This document shows, piece after piece, positions 48,876 to 59,105 of a stretch of DNA of 64,000 bases; the stretch's first letter is position 1; each line of letters begins with the position of its first letter. The translations under genes and the position numbers were made by a program. The notes beneath the pieces were generated by a model. That model did not search any database and was not told where the DNA came from. It saw nothing but the letters and a program-made list of their open reading frames with translations. Source of the stretch: a bacterium HR24 (GTDB taxonomy: Bacteria; Chloroflexota; Dehalococcoidia; SM23-28-2; HRBIN24); contig BEIA01000001.1 in assembly GCA_002898715.1 (NCBI GenBank), positions 1,994 to 65,993 of the forward strand, in the 5' to 3' direction.

Positions 48876-50322
48876 CCCCTGTCTGGCGGCGGGGCCGCAG
48901 GCGGCCAGGCGGGGAGTTTGTCGACGGGACTGCGGCAGGTGCCGGCAGGACGCCGTCCCCCAGGAGAGGGTGGGCCTGGGCGAGAAGGCCAGGGCCTATA
49001 GCGCCCCCGCCACCTGCTCCATCCCCATCTCCTGCGGGCGCCCGGGCGGAGTGGGGATGGTGCTGGTCGGGACCGGGCGTCGGGGTGGCCCCGCCCCGTC
49101 CTCTCGGAGAGCGGGAGGGCCGAGAGGAGAAGGACGCGCCTGCACCTCCATGGGAGGGGGCGCGTCCAGGGGGACCCTTCCCCGATGCTCCCCAGGGGAA
49201 GGGTGCTCAGTCCGGGGGAGCACCCGCCGGAGCTGGCCCGGCCGGTGGGGAAAGTTATGGGCCAAAAGGGGGGAAGAAGGGGTGAAGGAGGTGCTGTGTA
49301 GTCAGCGCTCCCCGGGCTGCCTGCCCACCCGGGAGGGGCGCTAGTAACTGAATCCCACCCACCCCTGTGGGTGAGGTGGGGGACGCCCCAGGGTTAGCCC
49401 TCCTGGGGCGATAAAGGCGGAGGGCCCCCAGGAGCCCCAAGGCGGGGGGCGCTCCCCCGCGCGGCGGGTATGGCGTCCGCGGCGGGGCCCCTGGGTTTTC
49501 CCCCCTCGTGTCGGGGCTACCGGCGCACGGAGGGTTGGCCGTCCGGCAGGCGGCCTGGCCCGGGCCGGCTGCGGCGAAGGAGTGTCCACCCCAGGGCGGA
49601 GAGGTCACCCCCTCTCCAGCGCTCTTTCTCAAGGGGAGGGCGCCGGAGAGGGGGTGAGAACTTTTTGAGAACTTTTAAGGCCTGCCTCAGGGATACGGCC
49701 CCGGAAGAGGAAGGGCCGCAGCCGGGGCACGTCCCTGTGGCCCATGTCCGGCCGCGGCCCTACCTCACCAGGAGGTTCGCATGGACAGGCGGACCCATTC
49801 GTGGTCCGTCCCGTGCTCCTGCGACCTTGGCGACGCTTGCCCCGTCGCCAAGGCCATTATAGCACAGAGCACGGCGACGGGCCGCGGGCAGGGCCGCTAA
49901 GCCCCTGCCCGCTCCAACCGAATCCCCCCACCCCGTGGGGCGGTGTTGGCCTGGTAGCCGCACCGGGGGCGATGCTCCAGCCCTGCCGGGGGACGTGGGG
50001 ACTCTCTCCCTACCATCGTGGCCGGATGGTAGGGGTCCGGGAAGGCCCTCCTCCCCGCACCCGCCAGGGAGGGGCCAACTGAATAGGGCTGGAAAACTGA
50101 ATAGCCCCGGCGCTCTCCCCGAGGCACCGGGGCAGGCGGGATAGGGGCAGGGGGTGGGAAGCCGCGGCAGCCGGCACCCACCCCTGTGTGTTGCTGCCCT
50201 CCCCTGTGGAGCGCCCGCCGCCACGGGGGAGTAGAGAGGGCGGGCTTCCCGCCCCTGGCCCCGGGGGCAAAGCCCTCCCCGAATGGGGCACAAATCGAAG
50301 GGGAGGGCAGGAGGAGCATCCC

Positions 50323-51423
50323 ATGGCAACCAGCAAGAAGAGCCATATCATCGACCCCCTTGACGAGGGGGTCGACCCCAGGCTGGCGGTTCTCGCCGCT
50401 ATCCGGGAGCAACTCCCGGAGGGCGGCGATGACGCCGCCGCCCCCGCCAAGACCGAGGCGCCCAAGGCGGGCGCCAAGGCTCAGGCCCAGGCCCCGGCCG
50501 TGGCTACCGTGGCCGACACCGACCTCCAGGCGGCCTTGCGCCGCCTGGAGGAGCGGGCCAAGACGGCCCGCCAGGAAGCCGAGGCCCGACTGGCGGAGGC
50601 CAACGGCCTCCGCCAGCGGCTGGGCGAGCTAGCCCGGGAACGGGGCCGGCTCGCCCACGTCGCCCGCCGCGCCCAGGCGCTTGCAGCCTGGGCCGGCGAG
50701 GAGGCCCGGGCCCTGGCGGAGCAGGCCGAGGCCCGCATGCGGGCCATCGAGGAGGAAATGGACGCCATCCGCATTCGCCTCCAGGAGATGGAGGCGGACC
50801 AGGGCATTCGCCTCCTCCGCGCCGAGGAGGCGGCCCGGGCCGAGGCCGAAAAGGCCAAGGCCCAGGCCGAGCAGGCCCGCCAGCTGGCGCGCGAGGGCAA
50901 GCTGGCAGAGGCCCTGGCCAGCCTCCCCGCCCGGCCCGAGGAGGGCTCCCCCGTGGCGGAGGCCCGGCAGGAGCTCCTGCGCACCGCCCACCGTGTGGTG
51001 GGCAACGCCATCTTCCGCGCCCGGGAGGCCCTCGCGGCCGGCGAGGCCGAGCGGGCGCTGAAGGAGATCCAGGGGGTAGCCCGCCTCCTCCCCCACGTTC
51101 GAGGGGAGGACCGGCGGGCGGCCCATGGGGTGTTTTGCCAGGCGGTTCACCGCCTGGCACCCCCCGGCCAGCCCCTAGTGGTCATCCGGGGGCGGCGGCT
51201 TGCCCGAAGGGGCCGTCTCACATGGACGGCCCCGCCCGGGGCCATTGCTGTCGGCACCCCCCTTCGTGGGGCTGCCAGAGTGCTCTACGACCTGGGCACC
51301 CCCTGGAAGGAAGGGGCCTTCGTGCGCGCGGAGGAGGCTGACATACAGCCCCTCCGCACGCGGCACGGTGCGGAGGGGAACAAGCCCCCCGCACCGTGCC
51401 GCAGCAAGGGGGCGAGGGGATAA
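50323..51423 (+). CDS. Coiled-coil hypothetical protein
   Basis: Start MATSKKSH preceded by AGGAGG; long Ala/Glu/Arg-rich heptad region (EEARALAEQAEARMRAIEEEMDAIRIRLQEMEADQG); conserved leader motif upstream. Confidence 0.45.
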   Translation: MATSKKSHIIDPLDEGVDPRLAVLAAIREQLPEGGDDAAAPAKTEAPKAGAKAQAQAPAVATVADTDLQAALRRLEERAKTARQEAEARLAEANGLRQRLGELARERGRLAHVARRAQALAAWAGEEARALAEQAEARMRAIEEEMDAIRIRLQEMEADQGIRLLRAEEAARAEAEKAKAQAEQARQLAREGKLAEALASLPARPEEGSPVAEARQELLRTAHRVVGNAIFRAREALAAGEAERALKEIQGVARLLPHVRGEDRRAAHGVFCQAVHRLAPPGQPLVVIRGRRLARRGRLTWTAPPGAIAVGTPLRGAARVLYDLGTPWKEGAFVRAEEADIQPLRTRHGAEGNKPPAPCRSKGARG

Positions 51424-51889
51424 CCCTCGCCCCCTCCCCTCCTAACGGAGGGGGCCTCCTGCTCCCACAGGGGGCCCCGAGAGGGAGGTGACAGTATGCC
51501 GTATCCCTTTCTCCTGTCACCCCGGCCCTCCAAGGGGAGGGCCCAACCTCCATCCTCGGGGCTCCCTGCGGGGGCAGGAGCCTCGTACCCCCATCGCCAC
51601 GGGCCCCCTGTGTCGCTCCGCCGCCCACCGCATCCCCGCGTGCCCCAACCTCGTCGCCGGCACTCCTGGGACGCGAGCGGCCCCGGGGCAGCGGGCGGCG
51701 GGTGGCAGAGGGAGGCCAAAGGCCAGCACGACCCCTGTCTTGGGGGGTGGTGCTGTCGGGGCCCCTGGGGGCGGAGGCCCCCACCCCCTTTCCTCTTCCC
51801 CCTTCCCCCCTTCGGGGGGGAGGGGGAGAAGTGTGCCGCTCAGAGCTCCACCCTGGGCGGCAGAAAGGGTATTGGGGAGGTGAGGTGAG

Positions 51890-52159
51890 ATGGTAAGCAT
51901 CACCGACCTCCTCCTACTGGCCAGGCGCCAGCAGGAGGACACCTTCGCTGCGGCCCTGGCGACAAGGCTCGGGCCGCCAGGGGAGGCGTGGGAGGCCGTG
52001 GCCCAGGCGCTGGGGATGCCCTGGGAGCGGTTCCTGTGCCTCCTTACCTGCCGCCTGCCCAGGACGGCAGCGGCGGCCGAGGCCCTGGCCGGGGCCTTCG
52101 GCCTCCCCAAGGAGGCCATCCTGGCCCTGGCCGAGGGGGAGCTGCCGGGAGGGGTGTGA
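51890..52159 (+). CDS. Small hypothetical protein
   Basis: 89 aa; GGGGAGGTGAGGTGAG RBS; TGATG overlap with the primase start. Confidence 0.35.
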   Translation: MVSITDLLLLARRQQEDTFAAALATRLGPPGEAWEAVAQALGMPWERFLCLLTCRLPRTAAAAEALAGAFGLPKEAILALAEGELPGGV

Positions 52160-53220
52160 TGGCCCGACCCGGCAGCGGGTGGAGGGACCTCAAGGAGGAG
52201 GTCCTCCGCCTGTACTCCCCCCTGGACGTGGCCCAGCGCTATGGGCTCGAGCTCCGGCGCATGGGCCGTGTCTGGGCAGCGAGGTGTCCCTTCCATCCGG
52301 ATACACGGCCCTCCTTCTTCGTGTATCCGGATGGCTTCCACTGCTTCGGCTGCGGCTGGCACGGGAACGTGGTGGACTTTGTCGCCGCGGCCGAGCAGGT
52401 GGGGTGGCGGGAGGCCCTCGACCTCCTCGCCGGCGGGCACCTCGGTGCCCCCAAGGCCGTCCGCCCACCGGCCCCGGAGGAGCGGGCGCCGACGGCCGAG
52501 GAGCTGGCCGCGGTGCAGGTCGCCTGGGAGACCTGCCGCCGGCACCTCCGGGACCGCCGGCCCCGCGAGTACCTCACCAGGCGGGGCATCCCCCTGGACG
52601 TGGCCGAGGAGCTCGGCCTCGGCTACTGGGCGCCAGGGGTGGCCACCCGCCTGGAGGCGCTGGGGCTGGTGGAGGCCGCCCTCGCAGTGGGGCTCCTGCG
52701 ACGGCGACGCTCCCCTATGGGGGAGGAGCTGCCGCGCTACTGGGAGCCCTTCCGGGGTCGGGTCATCATACCCGACCTCACGAGGGGCGGCCAGGCCCGG
52801 TGGCTCACCGGCAGAGCCGCCGATGACGTCACCGAGCCCAAATATCTCAACCTCTCCCTCCCCAAGCCCCTGCTGGGGCTGGACACGGTGGAGGGAGAGG
52901 AGGCGGCCCTGGTGGAGGGGCCCCTCGACTGGGTGGCGGCAAGGGCCATGGGCCTTCCCGCCGTCGCCACCCTGGGGGCCCACGTGGGCCGCCTGAAGAT
53001 CACCTCGCTGGCCAGGTTCCGGCGGGTGTTCCTGCTGTTTGACGCCGACGAGGCCGGGCAGCAGGCAGCCAGGGACCTGGCCAAGGCCCTGGGCCGGCGG
53101 GCGGTCATCGTCCCCATCCCCAAGGGGGCCAAGGACGTGGCCGACCTGCTGCTGGCCCAAGGCGGAAAGGGCCGCCTCCTCAGGGCCATGGAGGCGGCCA
53201 GAGAGAAAAAGGGAGGATGA
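52159..53220 (+). CDS. DNA primase (DnaG-type: CHC2 zinc finger + Toprim)
   Basis: Zinc finger CPFHPDTRPSFFVYPDGFHCFGCGWHG; Toprim motifs VIIPD...EGPLDWV...FLLFDADEAGQQAA. Confidence 0.75.
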   Translation: MARPGSGWRDLKEEVLRLYSPLDVAQRYGLELRRMGRVWAARCPFHPDTRPSFFVYPDGFHCFGCGWHGNVVDFVAAAEQVGWREALDLLAGGHLGAPKAVRPPAPEERAPTAEELAAVQVAWETCRRHLRDRRPREYLTRRGIPLDVAEELGLGYWAPGVATRLEALGLVEAALAVGLLRRRRSPMGEELPRYWEPFRGRVIIPDLTRGGQARWLTGRAADDVTEPKYLNLSLPKPLLGLDTVEGEEAALVEGPLDWVAARAMGLPAVATLGAHVGRLKITSLARFRRVFLLFDADEAGQQAARDLAKALGRRAVIVPIPKGAKDVADLLLAQGGKGRLLRAMEAAREKKGG

Positions 53221-53534
53221 GGATGGCGCTTGTCATCTCTCCCCTCCCTGCCCAGGCGCCCGCCTCTCGCCACCGGCGGGCACGGGAGCTCCTGCGGCTC
53301 ATGAGGGCCCATGCAGCTCTCATGGCAGCCGCCTCAAGGGTCTGCCCCGGCGCCCCAATGCCCGTCGGTGGCCCGGAGGCGCGCCGCTTCCTGCTACTCC
53401 TCCAGGAGGCAGGAGCGAGCCCCTATGCCCAGGGGCGCGCCCTGGCCCTGCTGGAGTGGCAGGCGGAGCGGCTCCTGAGGCAAGGAGGGGAGAGAAGTCC
53501 TACCTGCCGGGCAAAGATGCCACCCGGCAGGTAG
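53217..53534 (+). CDS. Hypothetical protein
   Basis: 105 aa; overlaps the primase stop; no motifs. Confidence 0.3.
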   Translation: MRMALVISPLPAQAPASRHRRARELLRLMRAHAALMAAASRVCPGAPMPVGGPEARRFLLLLQEAGASPYAQGRALALLEWQAERLLRQGGERSPTCRAKMPPGR

Positions 53535-53600
53535 AATGAGAGAGGGAGAGGGGCCCAGGGACTGCCCAGGGAGCCCTCCCCTGTGGGAGGGCAGGTGAGC

Positions 53601-53765
53601 CATGCCTCTACAGCCGGAGGCGGCCACCATACTGAGGCCCCTCGTGGAAGGGGGCCTCGCCCTGGGCGTAGGCATGGCCCTCCTCCTCTGGGCCGCCGGC
53701 TCCCGCTACTTCGAGGTCATCTTCATCCTCGCAGCCTTCGGGCTGCTCGTCTACATCTGGCGGTA
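53601..53765 (+). CDS. Small membrane protein (54 aa), absent from the ORF track
   Basis: MPLQPEAATILRPLVEGGLALGVGMALLLWAAGSRYFEVIFILAAFGLLVYIWR; GGGAGGGCAGGTGAG RBS 7 nt upstream. Confidence 0.3.
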
Positions 53766-53901
53766 GCCCGGAGGCCGCAGCAGTCCTCCCCCTGACCCCA
53801 ACCCCAACCCCAACCGAGATACCACCATCCTCGCCCCTAGTCCCGGGGGCATAAGCCTGTCCGAACGGGGCACGAATCGAAGGGCAGGCGGAGGTGAACA
53901 T

Positions 53902-55155
53902 ATGCGCGATGTCATCTTCACCGCCACCCCCTGTGGGGTGGCGGTCCTCCCCACCACCGACACTGCCCCCGCCGGCGCCCGGCGCCTTCTGGCGGGGCGC
54001 GCCTACCTTCTCCCCTCCCGGGAAGGCCTCCCGGCGGAGGGTGAGAGAGAGGTCCTCGACCTCGCCTCCCGCCTCGCCCGCCTGCGGGACGAGGTGGCGG
54101 TGAGGTTCGTGGCCAGGGACGAGCTCGCCCTGGCCACCGCCTGCGCTCTTTCGTCGGGAGAGCACCTCTTCGTCCTCTCCCCTCCCGGGGCGGCGAAGAG
54201 CGCGTTCCTCCGCGCCTTCGCCGAGGGCATTGGGGGCCGCTTCTTCCGGGTGGTCCTCAATCCCGATATCCCCCGGGAGGCCATCTTCGGCGCCATCGAC
54301 CCCTCGGCCCTCGCCGAGGGCAAGTGGCGCCGGCGGTGGGACGGGCTGGCCCGGGCCCACCTGGCGCTCCTGGACGAGGTGTTCAAGGCCTCGCCACAGG
54401 TCTTGAACACCCTCCTGGACGCCCTTGAGGAGAGGCGGGCCGGCCAGGGGGAGGACGAGGTCGTCCTCCCCCTCATCTCCGCCATGGGTGCCTCCAACGA
54501 GGCGCCCGAAGAGCCGGAGCTGAGGGCGGTCTATGACCGCTTCCTCGTCCGGCTCTCGGTGGGGTACGTCCAGGACCCCACCGCTTTCAAGGGGCTGCTC
54601 GTGGCCGATGCCGGCAGCAGCCCCATCACCCCTGTCATGACAGCAGAGGAGCTCATGCTCCTTGCTGCCGCCGTGGAGGCCATGAGCCTCCAGCCGCCCG
54701 CCGAGGTGGTGGAGGCCATGGCCACCATCTGGTCGGAGATGCGCGACCGCGCCGTCTCCGACCGCCGGTGGCGGCGCTCCCTCAAGGTCGCCACCGGCCA
54801 TGCCCTCCTGCGGGGTGCCCAGGCGCCGGAGGTCTATGACCTCGCTGCCCTGCGGTGGACCCTCTGGGTCGACCCGCAGGAGGAGAAGGAGGTCCGGGAC
54901 CTGGTCCTGGGCCTCACCGACCCCCTGGCGGGGAAGGTGCTGGACCTGGAGGCCCTCCTCGCCGATGCCGCCCGCCGTATGGCGGGCCTCGGCCAGATGA
55001 AGGCCGAGGAGAAGGCCCGCCTCCTGCGGGAGCTGCGGGAAATTCGCAGCGAGGCGGAGGGGGTCCTGCCCCAGGCGGGGCGCCATGCCCCGCGCGTCTC
55101 GGCCGTCGCCGAGGAGGCCCAGGCGATGGTCGAGAAGATCATCTCCAGCTTCTAG
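53902..55155 (+). CDS. MoxR-like AAA+ ATPase (AAA_5/AAA_3)
   Basis: Walker A HLFVLSPPGAAKSAFLRAF, Walker B ALLDEVFKASPQVLNTLLDALEER, sensor region; conserved leader GGGGCACGAATCGAAGGGCAGGCGGAGGTGAACAT directly upstream. Confidence 0.75.
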   Translation: MRDVIFTATPCGVAVLPTTDTAPAGARRLLAGRAYLLPSREGLPAEGEREVLDLASRLARLRDEVAVRFVARDELALATACALSSGEHLFVLSPPGAAKSAFLRAFAEGIGGRFFRVVLNPDIPREAIFGAIDPSALAEGKWRRRWDGLARAHLALLDEVFKASPQVLNTLLDALEERRAGQGEDEVVLPLISAMGASNEAPEEPELRAVYDRFLVRLSVGYVQDPTAFKGLLVADAGSSPITPVMTAEELMLLAAAVEAMSLQPPAEVVEAMATIWSEMRDRAVSDRRWRRSLKVATGHALLRGAQAPEVYDLAALRWTLWVDPQEEKEVRDLVLGLTDPLAGKVLDLEALLADAARRMAGLGQMKAEEKARLLRELREIRSEAEGVLPQAGRHAPRVSAVAEEAQAMVEKIISSF

Positions 55156-55167
55156 GGGGAGGGGGCC

Positions 55168-55902
55168 ATGCAGAACCTTCTCCGCCACACCTGCCCCTCC
55201 TGCCAGGGGCGATTCTGGCTGGAGCGGCTCCCGCAGGGGACCATCCTGTGTCCCTACTGCGGGGCGACTGTCTCCGGCTCCGGCCGCCTCGGGCGGAGGA
55301 GCAGCGCGGTCCCGGCGTGCACGGTCCGCAACGGGACCGCCGTCCCCGGCATCCGCACCGAGGATGGCCTCATCATCCTCGGTGAGGAGGGCCGGGGCAG
55401 GCGACTCACCCGGGTGCCCCTGCCGTCGGGGGCATCCCTAGACCGGGAGGGGACCGTGCAGGCCCTCCCGGTGTCCCACCCCGCCGCGGTGGCAGTGATC
55501 CTCATCCGGGACCACTCCGGCTACCGCGGCGGGTGGGAGCTCCTCACCCTCCCAAGGGAGGACTGCCCCCTGCGGGGCAAGCTGGAGCTCCTGTGGGAGG
55601 AGACCTGCCCCGTCTGCGAGTGGTGGGGCAGGCATGGGCCCTACCCCGTCCGCCAGCTCCGGGCGCAGGACCTCGGCCACCTCATCGCCGAGGGCTACTG
55701 TGCCCAGGGAGCTGCCGGGCGAATGGGCGGCGGGCCCGAGTACCTCATCGCCGCTCCCCCGGGGGAGTTCTGCATTTACCGCTGGGGGCGGCTCTACGGC
55801 GCACCCCGCTTCGTGGGGGTGCGCATCTACCCCGACGGCCGGGTGGAGACGTGGGACGTCATGGAAGCCCTCTCCTCCACCCGTGCCGCCGAGTCCTGGT
55901 AA
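55168..55902 (+). CDS. Zinc-ribbon protein (candidate vWA-MoxR-associated middle component)
   Basis: N-terminal CPSCQGRF...CPYCG zinc ribbon, further CPVCEW; sits between the MoxR and VWA genes. Confidence 0.45.
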   Translation: MQNLLRHTCPSCQGRFWLERLPQGTILCPYCGATVSGSGRLGRRSSAVPACTVRNGTAVPGIRTEDGLIILGEEGRGRRLTRVPLPSGASLDREGTVQALPVSHPAAVAVILIRDHSGYRGGWELLTLPREDCPLRGKLELLWEETCPVCEWWGRHGPYPVRQLRAQDLGHLIAEGYCAQGAAGRMGGGPEYLIAAPPGEFCIYRWGRLYGAPRFVGVRIYPDGRVETWDVMEALSSTRAAESW

Positions 55903-55918
55903 GGAGGGGGGTGAGGCC

Positions 55919-57493
55919 ATGAACGGCCCCATCCCCTACCTCCCTCCCGCCGCCGAGCGGGTCCTGGAGCAGGCCCGCAGGCTCTTCCTCCTGCGGGACC
56001 TGCGCTCGGTGGCGGCGGGGGCCGACCGCCTCTCCTTCCGCCAATGGGCGGAGGGGGTGCGCGGCTACCCCCAGGCCGCCGAGGCCAACGAGGACCTCGG
56101 CGGCATCCTCGGCGGGGAGCCGGTGAGGGACGCCTTCTTCCTCGTCACCTCGCCGGCGCCGCAGCTGGTGCCGCAGCCCCCACAGGGCACCGAGCTGCTG
56201 CACCGCATCCTGGGGGAGGCCATCACCACCCCGGGCTTCGGTCGCCTGCGGGAGACGGCGGGCGATGACCCGGTGGTGGCTGCGTACGGCGCCTCCCACT
56301 GGGCGCGGGAGCTCGTCTCGCAGCTCCCGGAGTCCATCAAGGAGGCCGCCCGCGAGGCAGCCGCTGCCCAGGGGGAGGTGCAGGAGGCCCGGGAAGCCCT
56401 GCAGCAGCTCGCTGCCCTCAAGGCCTCCCTCGAGGAGCAGGGCCGGGAGGTGCCCGGCGAGCTGGTGGAGCAGCTCGCCCAGGCCGAGGCAGCCGTCCAG
56501 GCAGCCACCGCTAGGGCCCAGGCGGCCTCCTCGACCACCCTCGCCCTCCTGGAGGAGAGGGCAGCAGAGGTGCGGGCCGCCGCCTCCCGAGCCGCCGAGG
56601 CGGCCTCCACCCAGGGCCGCCAGTTCGAGGCCTCGGTGAGGGGCTTCGACCTGGCGGCAGGGGGCGAGGGGGCCGTCTCGCCCGAGGCGGCGAGGGCCTG
56701 GATGGAGGTCCTCGCCCGCCATCCCCGCCTGGAGGCCCTGGCTCGCGAGCTGGGCTGGGCCCGCCGCCTGGTGGGCTCCCTCTGGCGCCAGTCGCCACAC
56801 GCCCGCACGGAGCTGGTGGGCTACCGCTCCGGCTACCTGCGGGCCGAGGAGCTGGCGCCCTGGGAACTGGCCCTCATGGTGGGGCCGGCGCCTGCCCGGC
56901 TCGACTTCCTGCGCCGGGCTGCCGAGGGTGACATCCGCCACCGGCAGCTGCAGGGCAGGGAGAAGATGGGACGGGGGCCGCTGGTGGTGGTCAGGGACGA
57001 GTCGGGCTCCATGCAAGGGGGTCCGCATGCCCTGGCCGTCGCCATCGAGTGGGCCCTCCTGGAGGTCTGCCGCCGGGAGGGCAGGCCCCTCGTCTCCATC
57101 TGTTTCTCCGGGCCGGGGCAGGTCCGGGCCTGGAGGGCGCCCACAGGCGGGCGGCCCGACCACGAAGGGCTGCTCCGCCACCTCTCCCACTTCTACGGGG
57201 GAGGGACGGAGCCCTACCAGGCCCTCTCCCTCGCCCTCCGGGAGGTGGAGGGGAGCGCCGAGATGAGGCGGGCCGACATCCTCCTCATCTCGGACGCCAT
57301 CTTCCCACCTCCGCCGGAGGAGGTGCGACGGCTGCTGGAGGCCGCCCGCCGGCGCCGCCCCCTGCACCTGGCCGCCGTCCTGGTGGGAACGGTGCCGGGA
57401 CCCCTGGAGGGGCTGGCACACCCCATCGTCAGGGTGTCAGACCTCCTCCAGGAGAGGGAGCGGCTGCGGGAGGCCCTCTCCGCCGTCCTGTAA
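55919..57493 (+). CDS. VWA-domain protein (MoxR partner)
   Basis: C-terminal VWA/MIDAS-like block LVVVRDESGSMQGG ... ILLISDAIF; long coiled-coil/Ala-rich N-terminal half. Confidence 0.65.
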   Translation: MNGPIPYLPPAAERVLEQARRLFLLRDLRSVAAGADRLSFRQWAEGVRGYPQAAEANEDLGGILGGEPVRDAFFLVTSPAPQLVPQPPQGTELLHRILGEAITTPGFGRLRETAGDDPVVAAYGASHWARELVSQLPESIKEAAREAAAAQGEVQEAREALQQLAALKASLEEQGREVPGELVEQLAQAEAAVQAATARAQAASSTTLALLEERAAEVRAAASRAAEAASTQGRQFEASVRGFDLAAGGEGAVSPEAARAWMEVLARHPRLEALARELGWARRLVGSLWRQSPHARTELVGYRSGYLRAEELAPWELALMVGPAPARLDFLRRAAEGDIRHRQLQGREKMGRGPLVVVRDESGSMQGGPHALAVAIEWALLEVCRREGRPLVSICFSGPGQVRAWRAPTGGRPDHEGLLRHLSHFYGGGTEPYQALSLALREVEGSAEMRRADILLISDAIFPPPPEEVRRLLEAARRRRPLHLAAVLVGTVPGPLEGLAHPIVRVSDLLQERERLREALSAVL

Positions 57494-57614
57494 CCGCCAC
57501 CCCTGATCCCTGTGCGTCCATGACGCCGCGAGGCGCACAGAAGGGGACAGGGGTCCCCACCGGCGTCGGCCCGGCCGGCGGGGTGAAGCTATGGGCCAGG
57601 AGGTGATATGTGAT

Positions 57615-59072
57615 ATGATACTGAACCTCCTACCCCCGCTTCACCGCCCTGCCTACATGGTGGGCGGGGCGGTGCGAGACATGCTCCTGGGGAGACCCCT
57701 CCACGACATCGATATCGTCGTGGAGGGGGACCCCCATGAGGCCGCCCGCGAGATCGGTGCTGCCCTCGCGGGCGCCCTGGTCCCCCTCAAGGGCCTGGTG
57801 CGGGTGGTGGCCACCCATGTGCAGGTGGACATCACCCGCCTTTCGGGGCCTATCGCCGAGGACCTGGCCCGCCGCGACTTCACCATCAACGCCATGGCCC
57901 TCCCGCTGGGATCCGGGAGGGAGAAGGGCCTGCCCCCGGTCCTGGACCCCACGGGTGGCAGGGACGATCTCCGCCGGGGCGTCGTGCGACTCGTCTCGCC
58001 CGATGCCCTGGCAGCCGACCCGGTGCGGCTCCTGCGGGGGCCCAGGCTCGCCCTCGAGCTGGGCTTCCGCGTAGAAGGGCACACCGCCCGGGCCATCAGG
58101 GCGCATGCCCAGCTCCTCGGCAGGGCAGCCCCTGAGCGGCTGGCGGAGGAGCTGCGCCGGCTGCTCCACCTGCCGGACGGCGGGCGGGGGATGGGCCTCC
58201 TCCACCACCTTGGCCTCCTCGTACAGCTCTTCCCCGAGCTGCAGGAGGCCGAGGGGGTGGCCCAGCCCTACCCCCACCGGCAGGACGTCCTCGCCCACCT
58301 GCTGGACGCTGCCAGGTGGGCCGACGTCATCCTCGGCCGCTCGGCGACGGCCGAGGAGGAGCGCGTCCGCCGGGCCACCGGCCACCTCATGACCCCACAG
58401 GTGCACGAGCGCCTGGGGGAGGAGGTGGCCCACGGCTGGCAGCAGGCGGCCCTCCTGCGGTTGGGGGCACTCCTGCACGATATAGGCAAGCCCCGCAGCC
58501 GTAGGAGAACCCAGGACGGCCGTGTCCACTTCTATGGACACGACCGCCTGGGCGCCGAGATGGCAGCAGCCATGGCGGCGCGCCTCCGGCTCCCCGCCAG
58601 GGCCGGCACCTTTCTCATGGCCCTGGTGAGGGAGCACATGCGGCCGGTGGGGCTCGCCGCCGCCCCCGGCCTGCCCTCCCGCCGTGCCCTCTACCGCCTC
58701 CACCGCGACGCCGGCGGCACCGCCACCGCCCTGGCCCTCCTGTTCGTGGCCGACACCCTGGCCACGAGCGGGCCCGGGGACCGGGAGCGGCTGGGGCGGG
58801 CGCTAGAGGTGGCCCGCCACCTCGTGCTCTACGGCCACGAGCAGGACGCGGTGCCCAGGCTCCTGTCCGGCCACGACGTCATGACCGCCCTGGGCATCGG
58901 GCCTGGGCCCCTCGTGGGCCGGGTGCTGCGGGCCGTGCAGGAGGCGGCAGCCGCGGGGGAGGTATGCAGCAAGGAGGAGGCGCTGGAGCTGGCCAGGCGC
59001 ATAGCCCAAGCTCCCGCGCCCTCCCAAGAGCCCATCCCTGCCCCTGGCCCCGGGGGTGAAGCCTGCCCGTAA
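57615..59072 (+). CDS. CCA-adding tRNA nucleotidyltransferase / poly(A) polymerase-family enzyme with HD domain
   Basis: Pol-beta NTase head GGAVRDMLLGRPLHDIDIVVEG, RRDFTINAMAL, HD motif ALLHDIGKP...HFYGHD; start at MILNLL with AGGAGGTG RBS (ORF extends to 57591). Confidence 0.75.
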   Translation: MILNLLPPLHRPAYMVGGAVRDMLLGRPLHDIDIVVEGDPHEAAREIGAALAGALVPLKGLVRVVATHVQVDITRLSGPIAEDLARRDFTINAMALPLGSGREKGLPPVLDPTGGRDDLRRGVVRLVSPDALAADPVRLLRGPRLALELGFRVEGHTARAIRAHAQLLGRAAPERLAEELRRLLHLPDGGRGMGLLHHLGLLVQLFPELQEAEGVAQPYPHRQDVLAHLLDAARWADVILGRSATAEEERVRRATGHLMTPQVHERLGEEVAHGWQQAALLRLGALLHDIGKPRSRRRTQDGRVHFYGHDRLGAEMAAAMAARLRLPARAGTFLMALVREHMRPVGLAAAPGLPSRRALYRLHRDAGGTATALALLFVADTLATSGPGDRERLGRALEVARHLVLYGHEQDAVPRLLSGHDVMTALGIGPGPLVGRVLRAVQEAAAAGEVCSKEEALELARRIAQAPAPSQEPIPAPGPGGEACP

Positions 59073-59105
59073 GGGGCACAAATCGAAGGGCAGGCGGAGG
59101 TGAAC

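Noticed and set aside
48780-50320. Possibility of a CRISPR array in the repeat-rich region
   Set aside because: The repeats are not regularly spaced (834 bp between the two 26-bp copies). There are no short uniform spacers and no cas genes.
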